From: Paraclostridium bifermentans
Lineage (GTDB): Bacteria; Bacillota; Clostridia; Peptostreptococcales; Peptostreptococcaceae
DNA length: 32,000 nucleotides
Assembly: GCF_964259345.1 (NCBI RefSeq)
Contig: NZ_CAXVJR010000008.1
Coordinates: 101,904 to 133,903 of the forward strand
Direction: 5' to 3'
The first letter of the stretch is position 1; every line of letters starts with the position of its first letter. Position numbers and translations under genes: made by a program. Shown here piece by piece: positions 10,780-18,794 of the stretch. Below the pieces are notes generated by a model. The model did not search any database. It was given only the letters and a program-made list of their open reading frames with translations, and was not told where the DNA came from.

Positions 10780-12684
10780 CTATTTAATATTTATATTTTT
10801 ACCTTTTATAAATACTGCTCCCAATGGTGGAACTTTTATATTTATAGAATATTTTTTATTATGCCAATTTACATCTTCTGTTTTTAAAATTATACCTTCC
10901 ATTGTTTGCCCTGACCCATAATACTTATTATTATCACTATTAAAAATTTCTTCATATTCTCCTTTATATGGCACACCTATTCTATATTCATCGTAAACTA
11001 CCGGAGTAAAATTCATTACCCCTATTATAAAGTCTTCTTTTTTCTTTCCTTTTCTCATTATAACTATTACGCTTTGATTAATATTATGTGGATCTATAAA
11101 ATCAAATCCTGAATGATGATAATCTATCTCATACATAGACTTTTCACTTTTATAAATATGATTTAAATTTTTAACATAATCTTTAAACTTACTATTAGGT
11201 TCTTTAGTTAATAAAGTCCATTCTAATCCATATTCAAATCTCCATTCTAAATCTTGAGCAAATTCATTTCCCATAAATAACAGTTTTTTTCCTGGATGTA
11301 TCATCATATAAGCATACAGTAATCTTAAATTAGCAAATTTTTGCCATTCATCTCCTGGCATTTTATTTAATAAAGATTTTTTACCATGTACTACTTCATC
11401 ATGTGATAATGGAAGTATAAAATTTTCTGAAAATGCATACATAAATGAAAAAGTTATAAGTTCATGATGATATTTTCTATAAATAGGATCCATCTCCATA
11501 TACTTTAACGTATCATTCATCCAACCCATATTCCATTTATTATCAAATGCTAATCCTCCCTTATAAGCTGGTCCCGTTACCATTGGCCATGATGTTGATT
11601 CCTCGGCTATTATAATTGGATTTTTTATTTCTTTATGTATAACTTCATTAAACATTTTTAAAAATTCTATAGCTTCAATATTCTCTCTTCCACCATATTT
11701 ATTAGGCTTCCAATATCCTATATCGTAATCCAAATATAGCATACTTGATACAGCATCCATTCTAATACCATCTACATGAAATTTTTCCAACCAAAACACA
11801 GCATTTGAAATTAGAAAGCTTTGTATTTCAGATTTTCCTAGATCAAAATGTGCAGTACCCCAACCAATATTTTCTGATTTTGTTTCATCTTCATATTCAA
11901 ATTGATTAGATCCATCAAACTTATATAATCCATGGTCATCTTTACAAAAATGACTATATGCAAAATCAAATATTATTCCTAAACCTTTATTATGACATTT
12001 ATCAATAAATTTCATTAGGTCATTAGGGGATCCATATCTACTTGTAGGACTATAGTATCCTATACTTTGATAACCCCATGACATATCTAATGGATGTTCT
12101 GTTATCGGAAGTAACTCTATATGTGTATATCCCATATCAGATACATAATCTATCATTTCATATAAATCTTCATAACTAAAGAATTCTCCATCCCATTTTC
12201 GTTTCCAAGACCCTAAGTGAGCCTCATATATATTCATTGGTTCATCAATGTAAGAAACTTTATTTTTTCTTTCTATCCATTGTTTATCATTCCATTTATA
12301 ATCATCAATATCATAAACAACAGATGCTGTACCTGGCCTTTTTTCAGATAGAAATGCATAGGGATCGGATTTCAACTTATTTTTTCCACTTTTACTTACT
12401 ACATTATATTTATATATCTCTTTATCCATGTTTTTGGGTATAAATATATTCCATATTCCACTATCATCTATATTAATCATAGGATGTGAATTTTCATTCC
12501 AATTATTAAAATCACCTACTAAAAACACTTCTTTTGCATTAGGTGCCCACAATGTAAACGTCATACCTTCTATTCCTTTTAACTTAACTCTATGAGCTCC
12601 CATGAATTCATAGCTTCTATAGCTATTCCCTTCCTTAAATAGCCCTATATTGTAACTATTTATAATATCTTCGTAATTTTTCAA
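10780..12684 (-). CDS. glgB: 1,4-alpha-glucan branching enzyme (GH13_9)
   Basis: 634 aa. CBM48-like N-terminus (FTLWAPNAKEVFLVGDFNNW), GH13 regions DFAYSHF, GIRMDAVSSM, IIAEESTSWP, LPLSHDEVVHGK. TTG start 6 nt after GGGGGT. Confidence 0.95.
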   Translation of the reverse strand: MKNYEDIINSYNIGLFKEGNSYRSYEFMGAHRVKLKGIEGMTFTLWAPNAKEVFLVGDFNNWNENSHPMINIDDSGIWNIFIPKNMDKEIYKYNVVSKSGKNKLKSDPYAFLSEKRPGTASVVYDIDDYKWNDKQWIERKNKVSYIDEPMNIYEAHLGSWKRKWDGEFFSYEDLYEMIDYVSDMGYTHIELLPITEHPLDMSWGYQSIGYYSPTSRYGSPNDLMKFIDKCHNKGLGIIFDFAYSHFCKDDHGLYKFDGSNQFEYEDETKSENIGWGTAHFDLGKSEIQSFLISNAVFWLEKFHVDGIRMDAVSSMLYLDYDIGYWKPNKYGGRENIEAIEFLKMFNEVIHKEIKNPIIIAEESTSWPMVTGPAYKGGLAFDNKWNMGWMNDTLKYMEMDPIYRKYHHELITFSFMYAFSENFILPLSHDEVVHGKKSLLNKMPGDEWQKFANLRLLYAYMMIHPGKKLLFMGNEFAQDLEWRFEYGLEWTLLTKEPNSKFKDYVKNLNHIYKSEKSMYEIDYHHSGFDFIDPHNINQSVIVIMRKGKKKEDFIIGVMNFTPVVYDEYRIGVPYKGEYEEIFNSDNNKYYGSGQTMEGIILKTEDVNWHNKKYSINIKVPPLGAVFIKGKNINIK

Positions 12685-12927
12685 TCTAATACCCCCATTA
12701 AAATTACATCTTTAGTTATAAGCAATAAAATATTTCAAACACATATTTTAATTATATATTAACTTGTGGTTTACTTTATAAAGTATTCATCCAAAAATTT
12801 CTTTAATATTTAATATAATTCACTTGTATTTAACATATTTTTTCAATTAATTACAGCAATGTAAATTTATTCTTATATAAAATATTTTTTTAATTCTGCT
12901 TAATTTTAAAATTAAATTTTTTTATAA

Positions 12928-12972
12928 ATTAAAATAGACTAGAAGATATATAAAATATCTTCTAGTCTATTT
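12928..12972 (-). terminator. Intrinsic terminator downstream of tsaD
   Basis: Perfect 15-bp stem TAGACTAGAAGATAT (12935-12949) / ATATCTTCTAGTCTA (12955-12969) with a 5-nt loop and T-rich tracts on both sides. Confidence 0.85.
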
Positions 12973-12975
12973 TAA

Positions 12976-13992
12976 TTATTGTCCTATTTTTAAATTAGGA
13001 ACTGCATTTAAACTCATATCATGAATTTTTCCATTTATATAATTGTAATATCCTGCACATCCTATCATAGCTGCATTATCTGTACATAATATAAGTGATG
13101 GATATTTGACTTGTATATCTTCTTTTTTAGCCATTTCTGTTAATTTAGCTCTTAATGCAGAGTTAGCTGCAACTCCACCTGCTAGAGCAATAGTCTTGTA
13201 CCCTTTTTCTTTTGCTGCTTTTATTGCTTTAGTAGATAAAACCTCTACTACTGCTTCTTGGAATGATGCTGCTACATCTTCAACAACTATTTCTTCATTT
13301 TTCATTTTCTTAGCATTTAAATAGTTTAATACGGCTGATTTTAAACCACTGAAACTAAAATCATATCCTTCATCCATACATGCTCTAGGAAAATCTATAG
13401 CTTTTTTATTTCCTGTTTTAGCTAATCTATCTATTATAGGCCCACCTGGGTATCCTAAATTCATAGCTCTTGCTATTTTATCAAATGCCTCTCCCGATGC
13501 ATCATCTTTAGTTTTTCCTAAAATTTCATATTTTCCATAATCTTTAACTTCAACTAAGTGAGTATGTCCACCTGATACTATTAAAGTTATAAATGGAGGT
13601 TTTAGATTTTTATCTTCTATGTAGTTTGCACTTACATGCCCTTCAATATGATTTACACCTACTAAAGGTATATCTAATGTATATGCTAATGCTTTTGCAT
13701 AAGACAATCCTACTAAAACAGCTCCTACTAATCCTGGTCCACGAGTTACTGCTATATGATCTATATCATCAAATGTTACATTAGCTTCATCTAAAGCTTC
13801 TTGTACAACCATAGGAATATTTTCTATGTGTTTTCTAGACGCAACTTCCGGAACAACTCCACCAAATTTTTTATGTAACTCTATTTGAGTAGATATTATA
13901 TTACTTAAAACTTCTCTTCCATTTTTTAATATAGAACAAGCTGTTTCATCACAACTTGATTCTATTGCTAATGTTATTATATCTTTTTTCAT
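12976..13992 (-). CDS. tsaD: tRNA N6-adenosine threonylcarbamoyltransferase TsaD (Kae1/Gcp family)
   Basis: [13 protein letters not shown]-terminus, metal-binding HIEGH motif, [18 protein letters not shown]. Last gene of the tsaE-tsaB-rimI-tsaD operon. Confidence 0.95.
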   Translation of the reverse strand: MKKDIITLAIESSCDETACSILKNGREVLSNIISTQIELHKKFGGVVPEVASRKHIENIPMVVQEALDEANVTFDDIDHIAVTRGPGLVGAVLVGLSYAKALAYTLDIPLVGVNHIEGHVSANYIEDKNLKPPFITLIVSGGHTHLVEVKDYGKYEILGKTKDDASGEAFDKIARAMNLGYPGGPIIDRLAKTGNKKAIDFPRACMDEGYDFSFSGLKSAVLNYLNAKKMKNEEIVVEDVAASFQEAVVEVLSTKAIKAAKEKGYKTIALAGGVAANSALRAKLTEMAKKEDIQVKYPSLILCTDNAAMIGCAGYYNYINGKIHDMSLNAVPNLKIGQ

Positions 13993-13993
13993 A

Positions 13994-14452
13994 TTACACC
14001 TCTTTTAATTGGCTCCACATTATCATAGCATCTTCTTTGTTATCGCTATAATATTCTTTTCTTATACCTGCTAGTTTAAATCCATATTTTTTGTATAAGT
14101 TTTGAGCTACTGTATTTGAAACTCTTACCTCTAATGTCATAGCAAATATATTATTTTCTATGCATTTACTTACAAGATGCTTTATAAGTTTATCACCTAT
14201 TTTTAATCCTCTATAATCACTGTGAACTGCAACATTAGTTATATGACCTTCTCCTGCAATAAACCATATACCTACGTATCCCACAATCTTATTATCTATT
14301 TCTGCTACTAAATATCTAGCAACATCATTTTTCATTTCTTTTTCAAATTCACCTTTTGACCAATAATGCTCAAAGCAGTTTTTTTCTACTTCAAAAACAC
14401 CATTTACATCATTTATGTTCATATCCCTTATAACTAAATTCCTATTTTCCAT
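13994..14452 (-). CDS. rimI: Ribosomal-protein-alanine N-acetyltransferase (GNAT)
   Basis: 152-aa GNAT with an acetyl-CoA motif ([17 protein letters not shown]). Conserved position between tsaB and tsaD; overlaps the end of tsaB by 11 nt. Confidence 0.85.
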   Translation of the reverse strand: MENRNLVIRDMNINDVNGVFEVEKNCFEHYWSKGEFEKEMKNDVARYLVAEIDNKIVGYVGIWFIAGEGHITNVAVHSDYRGLKIGDKLIKHLVSKCIENNIFAMTLEVRVSNTVAQNLYKKYGFKLAGIRKEYYSDNKEDAMIMWSQLKEV

Positions 14453-15158
14453 TTTCTAACCTCTTCATTTTTTCTTCATATTGAACTTCTGCTTGAGATT
14501 TTCTTATATACATAGGATTTATAGTATAACAATTATGAACATCTATATCCTTATTGTATTTCATAGCTCCAAGTGCACATAAGCTACTTGCTTTACTTAC
14601 ATTGTTAGATACTGATGCTATAGAAATATTTTTTACTTCTTCTAACTTTTCTCTATATAAAGATACAGCTTCTCCAACTAATATAAATTCTTCATTAGAG
14701 TTAGATAACTCTTCTATTAGTTCATCTATTGTAACAACTTTTATGTCTTCAACAGTTTTAAATTCACTACCTTCAAATTTATACTTACCTGTATATACTT
14801 GATTTCTTTGAGCATCTAATATAGAACATATTGTTTTATCACAAAGATTCATGTTAAATGCTAATGATTCTAATGAGTTAACTGCAACTATAGGTAGATT
14901 TCTAACTTGAGCTATAGCCTTCGCTGTTGCCATAGAAATTCTTAAACCTGTAAATGACCCTGGTCCTATACATATAGCAATTACATCTATATCTTTTATA
15001 TTTAAATCACTTTCTTTTATCATTGATTCAATCATTACCATTAGTTTTTGTGAATGAGTTTTTTTAGTATTAACTGTATACTCACAAATTAATTTTTCAT
15101 CTTCTATTATACATACTGTTGTTGAATGAGTAGCAGTATCTATTCCTAATATTTTCAT
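14442..15158 (-). CDS. tsaB: tRNA threonylcarbamoyladenosine biosynthesis protein TsaB
   Basis: MKILGIDTAT... ASKHA-fold N-terminus without the TsaD metal site, GPGSFTGLRI motif. The start overlaps the tsaE stop (TAATG). Confidence 0.9.
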   Translation of the reverse strand: MKILGIDTATHSTTVCIIEDEKLICEYTVNTKKTHSQKLMVMIESMIKESDLNIKDIDVIAICIGPGSFTGLRISMATAKAIAQVRNLPIVAVNSLESLAFNMNLCDKTICSILDAQRNQVYTGKYKFEGSEFKTVEDIKVVTIDELIEELSNSNEEFILVGEAVSLYREKLEEVKNISIASVSNNVSKASSLCALGAMKYNKDIDVHNCYTINPMYIRKSQAEVQYEEKMKRLENGK

Positions 15159-15610
15159 TATTTAACCAACTCCTTAACTAATTCTTCATACTTTTCTCCT
15201 TTTGGAGTTAATATCATTTCTCTTCCTGTTTCTTTATAGTTCATTTCTATGTATAAATATTCTTCTGGAAGTATATCTTCTATTAAATTAGCCCATTCAA
15301 TTATGCATACTCCATCTCCATTTATATACTCATCAAATCCGATGTCATACATTTCATCACTGCTTCCAATTCTATAAACATCAAAATGATATAAAGGCAT
15401 TCTTCCTTCATATTCATTAACTATTGTAAATGTAGGGCTTGTTATGTAATCATCTACCTCTAACGACTTAGCTAAGCTTTGAGTCATTGTAGTTTTTCCT
15501 GCTCCTAAATCTCCTATTAAACAAATTACACTCTTAGGAGTTAAAAGTTGCCCTAACTTATATCCAATTTCTCTTGTTTTTTCTTCATTTTCTAAATATA
15601 TTTTAATCAT
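15158..15610 (-). CDS. tsaE: tRNA t6A ATPase TsaE
   Basis: 150 aa, Walker A GDLGAGKTT, SPTFTIVNEY and HFDVYR motifs typical of the YjeE/TsaE family. First gene of the operon. Confidence 0.9.
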   Translation of the reverse strand: MIKIYLENEEKTREIGYKLGQLLTPKSVICLIGDLGAGKTTMTQSLAKSLEVDDYITSPTFTIVNEYEGRMPLYHFDVYRIGSSDEMYDIGFDEYINGDGVCIIEWANLIEDILPEEYLYIEMNYKETGREMILTPKGEKYEELVKELVK

Positions 15611-15783
15611 CTATAATCATCTCCATAAATAAGACTTATCTATTTTATTAATGTAACAGATATTATTATATTATAACCATTTATTATTATAAAGTCCTTA
15701 GATTGACAAAGTTTTTATTATATGACATTTCTTTTAGGTTTTATGGTAATATTATCTAGGGTAAAAAAAGGGGGGAATTTAGT

Positions 15784-16626
15784 TTGAATTATAAAATTCT
15801 TACAAATGACGATTATACTGATATACTTGATATATCAAAAAATATTTGGGATGGTACTGACTATTTGCCTAAAGTATTTCATAAATGGGTAAATGATAAA
15901 AACGGCTGCTTCTTAGGATTAGTAAAGAATGATAAAGTTGTGGCTTTAGGGAAATATACTATATTACCAGATGGTCAAGGATGGTTAGAAGGGCTTAGAG
16001 TTCATGTTGATTACAGAGGTCAACAGCTTGCACATGCAATAGCTGATATGTTATTCAATATAGCTAGAGAAGACTTACGAAATGGTAAAATAACTAATAT
16101 CGCAATTTGTACTCATAAAGATACTAAAGCAAGTATAAAAATGGTTGAATCTAAGAACTTTAAGTTTACACAAAGTTGTATGGTACTTTTTAAAAATTCT
16201 GATGGCCTTATTGAAAATATAGATATAAATAGTTTTAATATAGAAACTTGGAATATATCATATGAAGATTTTAAAAATCTTAATTACTTTAAAACTTGCA
16301 ATAATAAATTAATTTCTGGATTCACATATTTAAATTTATGTGAAGATGTATATAATGATTTAGTAAAAAATAATTCACTATTAATAATAAATGGGCATAA
16401 GTGTATAGTTACAATGAAAGCATGTCCTTCTATAATTTGTATAGATAACTCATTTGAAGGTATCAATGATGCTACAAATTATGCTTTATTAAAATCTAAT
16501 GCAAAAGAAGCAGAAATATATATACCTAATCCAAATGATAATCTTGTTAATTTACTTAAAAATAATAAATTTGAGTCTATGTCAGATTTTGAAAAAGACT
16601 GTGTATACTACGTTTATAAAGAATAG
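15784..16626 (+). CDS. Two-domain GNAT-family N-acetyltransferase, substrate unknown
   Basis: The N-terminal ~135 aa have a GNAT core (LEGLRVHVDYRGQQLAHAIADMLF, an acetyl-CoA-binding beta4-alpha3 pattern). The C-terminal ~140 aa have no motif I recognise. TTG start 8 nt after a GGGGGG SD. Confidence 0.65.
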   Translation: MNYKILTNDDYTDILDISKNIWDGTDYLPKVFHKWVNDKNGCFLGLVKNDKVVALGKYTILPDGQGWLEGLRVHVDYRGQQLAHAIADMLFNIAREDLRNGKITNIAICTHKDTKASIKMVESKNFKFTQSCMVLFKNSDGLIENIDINSFNIETWNISYEDFKNLNYFKTCNNKLISGFTYLNLCEDVYNDLVKNNSLLIINGHKCIVTMKACPSIICIDNSFEGINDATNYALLKSNAKEAEIYIPNPNDNLVNLLKNNKFESMSDFEKDCVYYVYKE

Positions 16627-16648
16627 TACTTTTTATAAAAATTAATAT

Positions 16649-16701
16649 AAAAAAAATTAGCATGTAAATATTTATTATATTATTTACATGCTAATTTTTT
16701 T
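16649..16701. terminator. Bidirectional intrinsic terminator between convergent GNAT and ribU genes
   Basis: Perfect 14-bp stem TTAGCATGTAAATA (16657-16670) / TATTTACATGCTAA (16681-16694), with an A8 run upstream and a T7 run downstream. Confidence 0.85.
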
Positions 16702-16706
16702 ATAAT

Positions 16707-17312
16707 TTACTTTTTAAGTAAAACTTCCATCTTTTTATATAGTGGTAATGTTATTAATGATATTAAGGTTGCTTTGACTAAATTAAATGGTGCTATCATC
16801 CAAATAACAAAGCTTCCTAAATCAGTAACCTTTGGATTTATCACATTCCCCATATTTATTATAGCTTCCATAGGCATTATTTTCCCATAAAACGGTAATA
16901 GCATATAATAGTTAGTAAGACATCCTACTATAACCATAGCTATTGTTCCTAAAACAAATCCTATTAACAGTCCTTTTAGATTCTTTTTATTTCTATAAAC
17001 CAAAGAAACTATAACTACATACGATCCACCTATAAGTAAATTTGCAATCTCTCCTATCCATGCAGTTGTAGATGCTGTCATAGCTTGGAATAAATTTTTT
17101 ATAAATACTATCATAAATCCAGCAAATGGTCCTAAAGCCATTCCTCCAAATATAGCAGGAACATCTGATATATCTATTTTTAAAAAGTCTGGGAATAACC
17201 CCGGCATTGGCATTGATATGAACATAAGTATATACGATATAGCTGATAATATAGCTACCTTTGTCATAGTATTTGTAGACATCACCCTATGTTTTTTTAT
17301 TGTATGTTGCAT
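16707..17312 (-). CDS. ribU: Riboflavin ECF-transporter substrate-binding (S) component
   Basis: 201-aa polytopic membrane protein (about 5-6 TM) with the S-component-like segment FPDFLKIDISDVPAIFGG. It sits directly downstream of an FMN riboswitch. ATG lies 8 nt after AGGAGG. Confidence 0.8.
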   Translation of the reverse strand: MQHTIKKHRVMSTNTMTKVAILSAISYILMFISMPMPGLFPDFLKIDISDVPAIFGGMALGPFAGFMIVFIKNLFQAMTASTTAWIGEIANLLIGGSYVVIVSLVYRNKKNLKGLLIGFVLGTIAMVIVGCLTNYYMLLPFYGKIMPMEAIINMGNVINPKVTDLGSFVIWMIAPFNLVKATLISLITLPLYKKMEVLLKK

Positions 17313-17340
17313 TTTATAATACCTCCTAATTTTTATTAGG

Positions 17341-17372
17341 AAAAATAAAAAGCCCGAAGAATCTCTTCGAGC
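17341..17372 (-). terminator. FMN-riboswitch expression-platform terminator
   Basis: Minus strand reads GCTCGAAG-AGATT-CTTCGGGC (8 bp including one G-U) followed by TTTTTATTTTT. It lies between the aptamer and the ribU SD. Confidence 0.75.
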
Positions 17373-17435
17373 TTAGTTTTTGATTATATAAAAAATAAAA
17401 TACATTTATTTTTAAATTTTATAACATATACTAAT

Positions 17436-17552
17436 CCTCTCTCATCCAGACTTTACTGTCGGCCTTGGAATTTCACCAAGTCATGCCACGTAAGTGGCTC
17501 GCGGGCTATACCGCCGGTAGGGAATCTCACCCTGCCCCGAAGATTTATCGTG
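17436..17552 (-). promoter_or_regulatory. FMN riboswitch (RFN element) aptamer
   Basis: Minus strand reads TCTTCGGGGCAGGGTGAGATTCCCTACCGGCGGTATAGCCCGCGAGCC...TTGGTGAAATTCCAAGGCCGACAGTAAAGTCTGGATGAGAGAGG. This matches the conserved RFN core almost base for base and forms a GC-rich island in AT-rich spacer. Confidence 0.93.
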
Positions 17553-17576
17553 CTATTTAATTTTCCTTATATTTAT

Positions 17577-17605
17577 ATATTATAAACTAATTATAGTTAT
17601 GTCAA
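17577..17605 (-). promoter_or_regulatory. Candidate sigma-A promoter for the FMN riboswitch-ribU transcript
   Basis: Minus strand has TTGACA (17605-17600). It is followed either by a 17-nt spacer and TAATAT (17582-17577) or by a 15-nt spacer and TATAAT (17584-17579), about 25-30 nt upstream of the aptamer. Confidence 0.45.
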
Positions 17606-17627
17606 TAATTTAATTAAACAAATTAAA

Positions 17628-18785
17628 CTATTTGCTATATACAACTTTACCATCAATTATTGTATATAGAACATTACTTTGTATTTCTAATGGATTATTA
17701 TCCCAAATAACTATATCTGCGTCTTTCCCAACCTCTATAGATCCTACTCTACTATCTATTCCTAATGTTTTTGCTGGATTTATAGTTATTGATTCTATAG
17801 CTTTATTAGAATCCATTCCATGTTTAACTGCTATACCTGCACATATAGGTAAATAGTGAAGTGGAATTACCGGATGATCTGTTGTTAATGATATATCCAT
17901 ACCTGAATTTGATAATATTCCAGCTGTATCAAAAGTTAAATTTCTTAACTCTATTTTTGACCTTTCAGAAAGGGAAGGTCCTACTACAACTGGATATCCT
18001 TCTTCTACTAAATCTTCAACTATTAAATGACCTTCTGTACAGTGATCTAATGTAAGTTTTAACTTAAATTCTTTTGCAATTCTTATTGCTGTAAATATAT
18101 CATCAGCTCTATGAGCATGAACTTTAAACGGTACTTCTCCTTTTAATACAGGAAGTAAACTTTCCATTTTTATATCATAATCTGGCTTTTCATTTTCATC
18201 ATCTTCTTCATGAAGATGTATTGCCTCTAAATATTCTTCAGCTTCTTTTAGCGTCTCTCTTAACATTGCAGCTATTGCCATTCTAGTTTGTGGAGCTTTT
18301 TCATCTTGTCCATAGCAGCTCTTTGGATTTTCACCAAAAGCTATTTTAGAAGCTACAGGGTTTTTTATAACCATTTTATCTATTCTTCTGCCTACTGTTT
18401 TTATTGCTATACATTGTCCGCCCATAACATTAGCACTTCCAGGAGTTGAACAAACTGATGTAACCCCCCCATTTCTTGCCTCTTCAAAACTTCTTTCCAT
18501 TGGGTTTATTCCATCTATAGGATTTAAGTGTGGTGTTATTGGGTCTGTTTCTTCATTTCCGTCTGCACCTTCAAATCCCATTCCATCTTCCCATAATCCT
18601 AAATGAGTATGAGCATCTATGAATCCTGGAAAAACTAAATTATTGTTAGCATCTATAATTGTTGCATCTAATGGCGCTACCAAGTCTCTTCCTATTTCTA
18701 TAATTTTTCCATTTTCAATAAGTATATCTCCCTTAATCACTCCATTAGTGACTGTATTTATAATTCCATTTTTTATAAATAACAT
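17628..18785 (-). CDS. Metal-dependent amidohydrolase-superfamily protein, substrate unknown
   Basis: 385 aa. N-terminal beta-sandwich then the PGFIDAHTHLG (HxH) metal motif, later His/Asp ligands (VHAHRADD, TTDHP), and GSIEVGKDADIVIWD near the C-terminus. The gap to tex is 9 nt. Confidence 0.8.
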   Translation of the reverse strand: MLFIKNGIINTVTNGVIKGDILIENGKIIEIGRDLVAPLDATIIDANNNLVFPGFIDAHTHLGLWEDGMGFEGADGNEETDPITPHLNPIDGINPMERSFEEARNGGVTSVCSTPGSANVMGGQCIAIKTVGRRIDKMVIKNPVASKIAFGENPKSCYGQDEKAPQTRMAIAAMLRETLKEAEEYLEAIHLHEEDDENEKPDYDIKMESLLPVLKGEVPFKVHAHRADDIFTAIRIAKEFKLKLTLDHCTEGHLIVEDLVEEGYPVVVGPSLSERSKIELRNLTFDTAGILSNSGMDISLTTDHPVIPLHYLPICAGIAVKHGMDSNKAIESITINPAKTLGIDSRVGSIEVGKDADIVIWDNNPLEIQSNVLYTIIDGKVVYSK

Positions 18786-18794
18786 TTATTCCTC

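Noticed and set aside
15703-15708. Perfect TTGACA in the tsaE/GNAT divergent spacer, as a promoter -35 for the GNAT gene.
   Set aside because: No acceptable -10 hexamer lies at 16-18 nt spacing; the candidates are at 7 or 10 nt. I could not support a promoter call.
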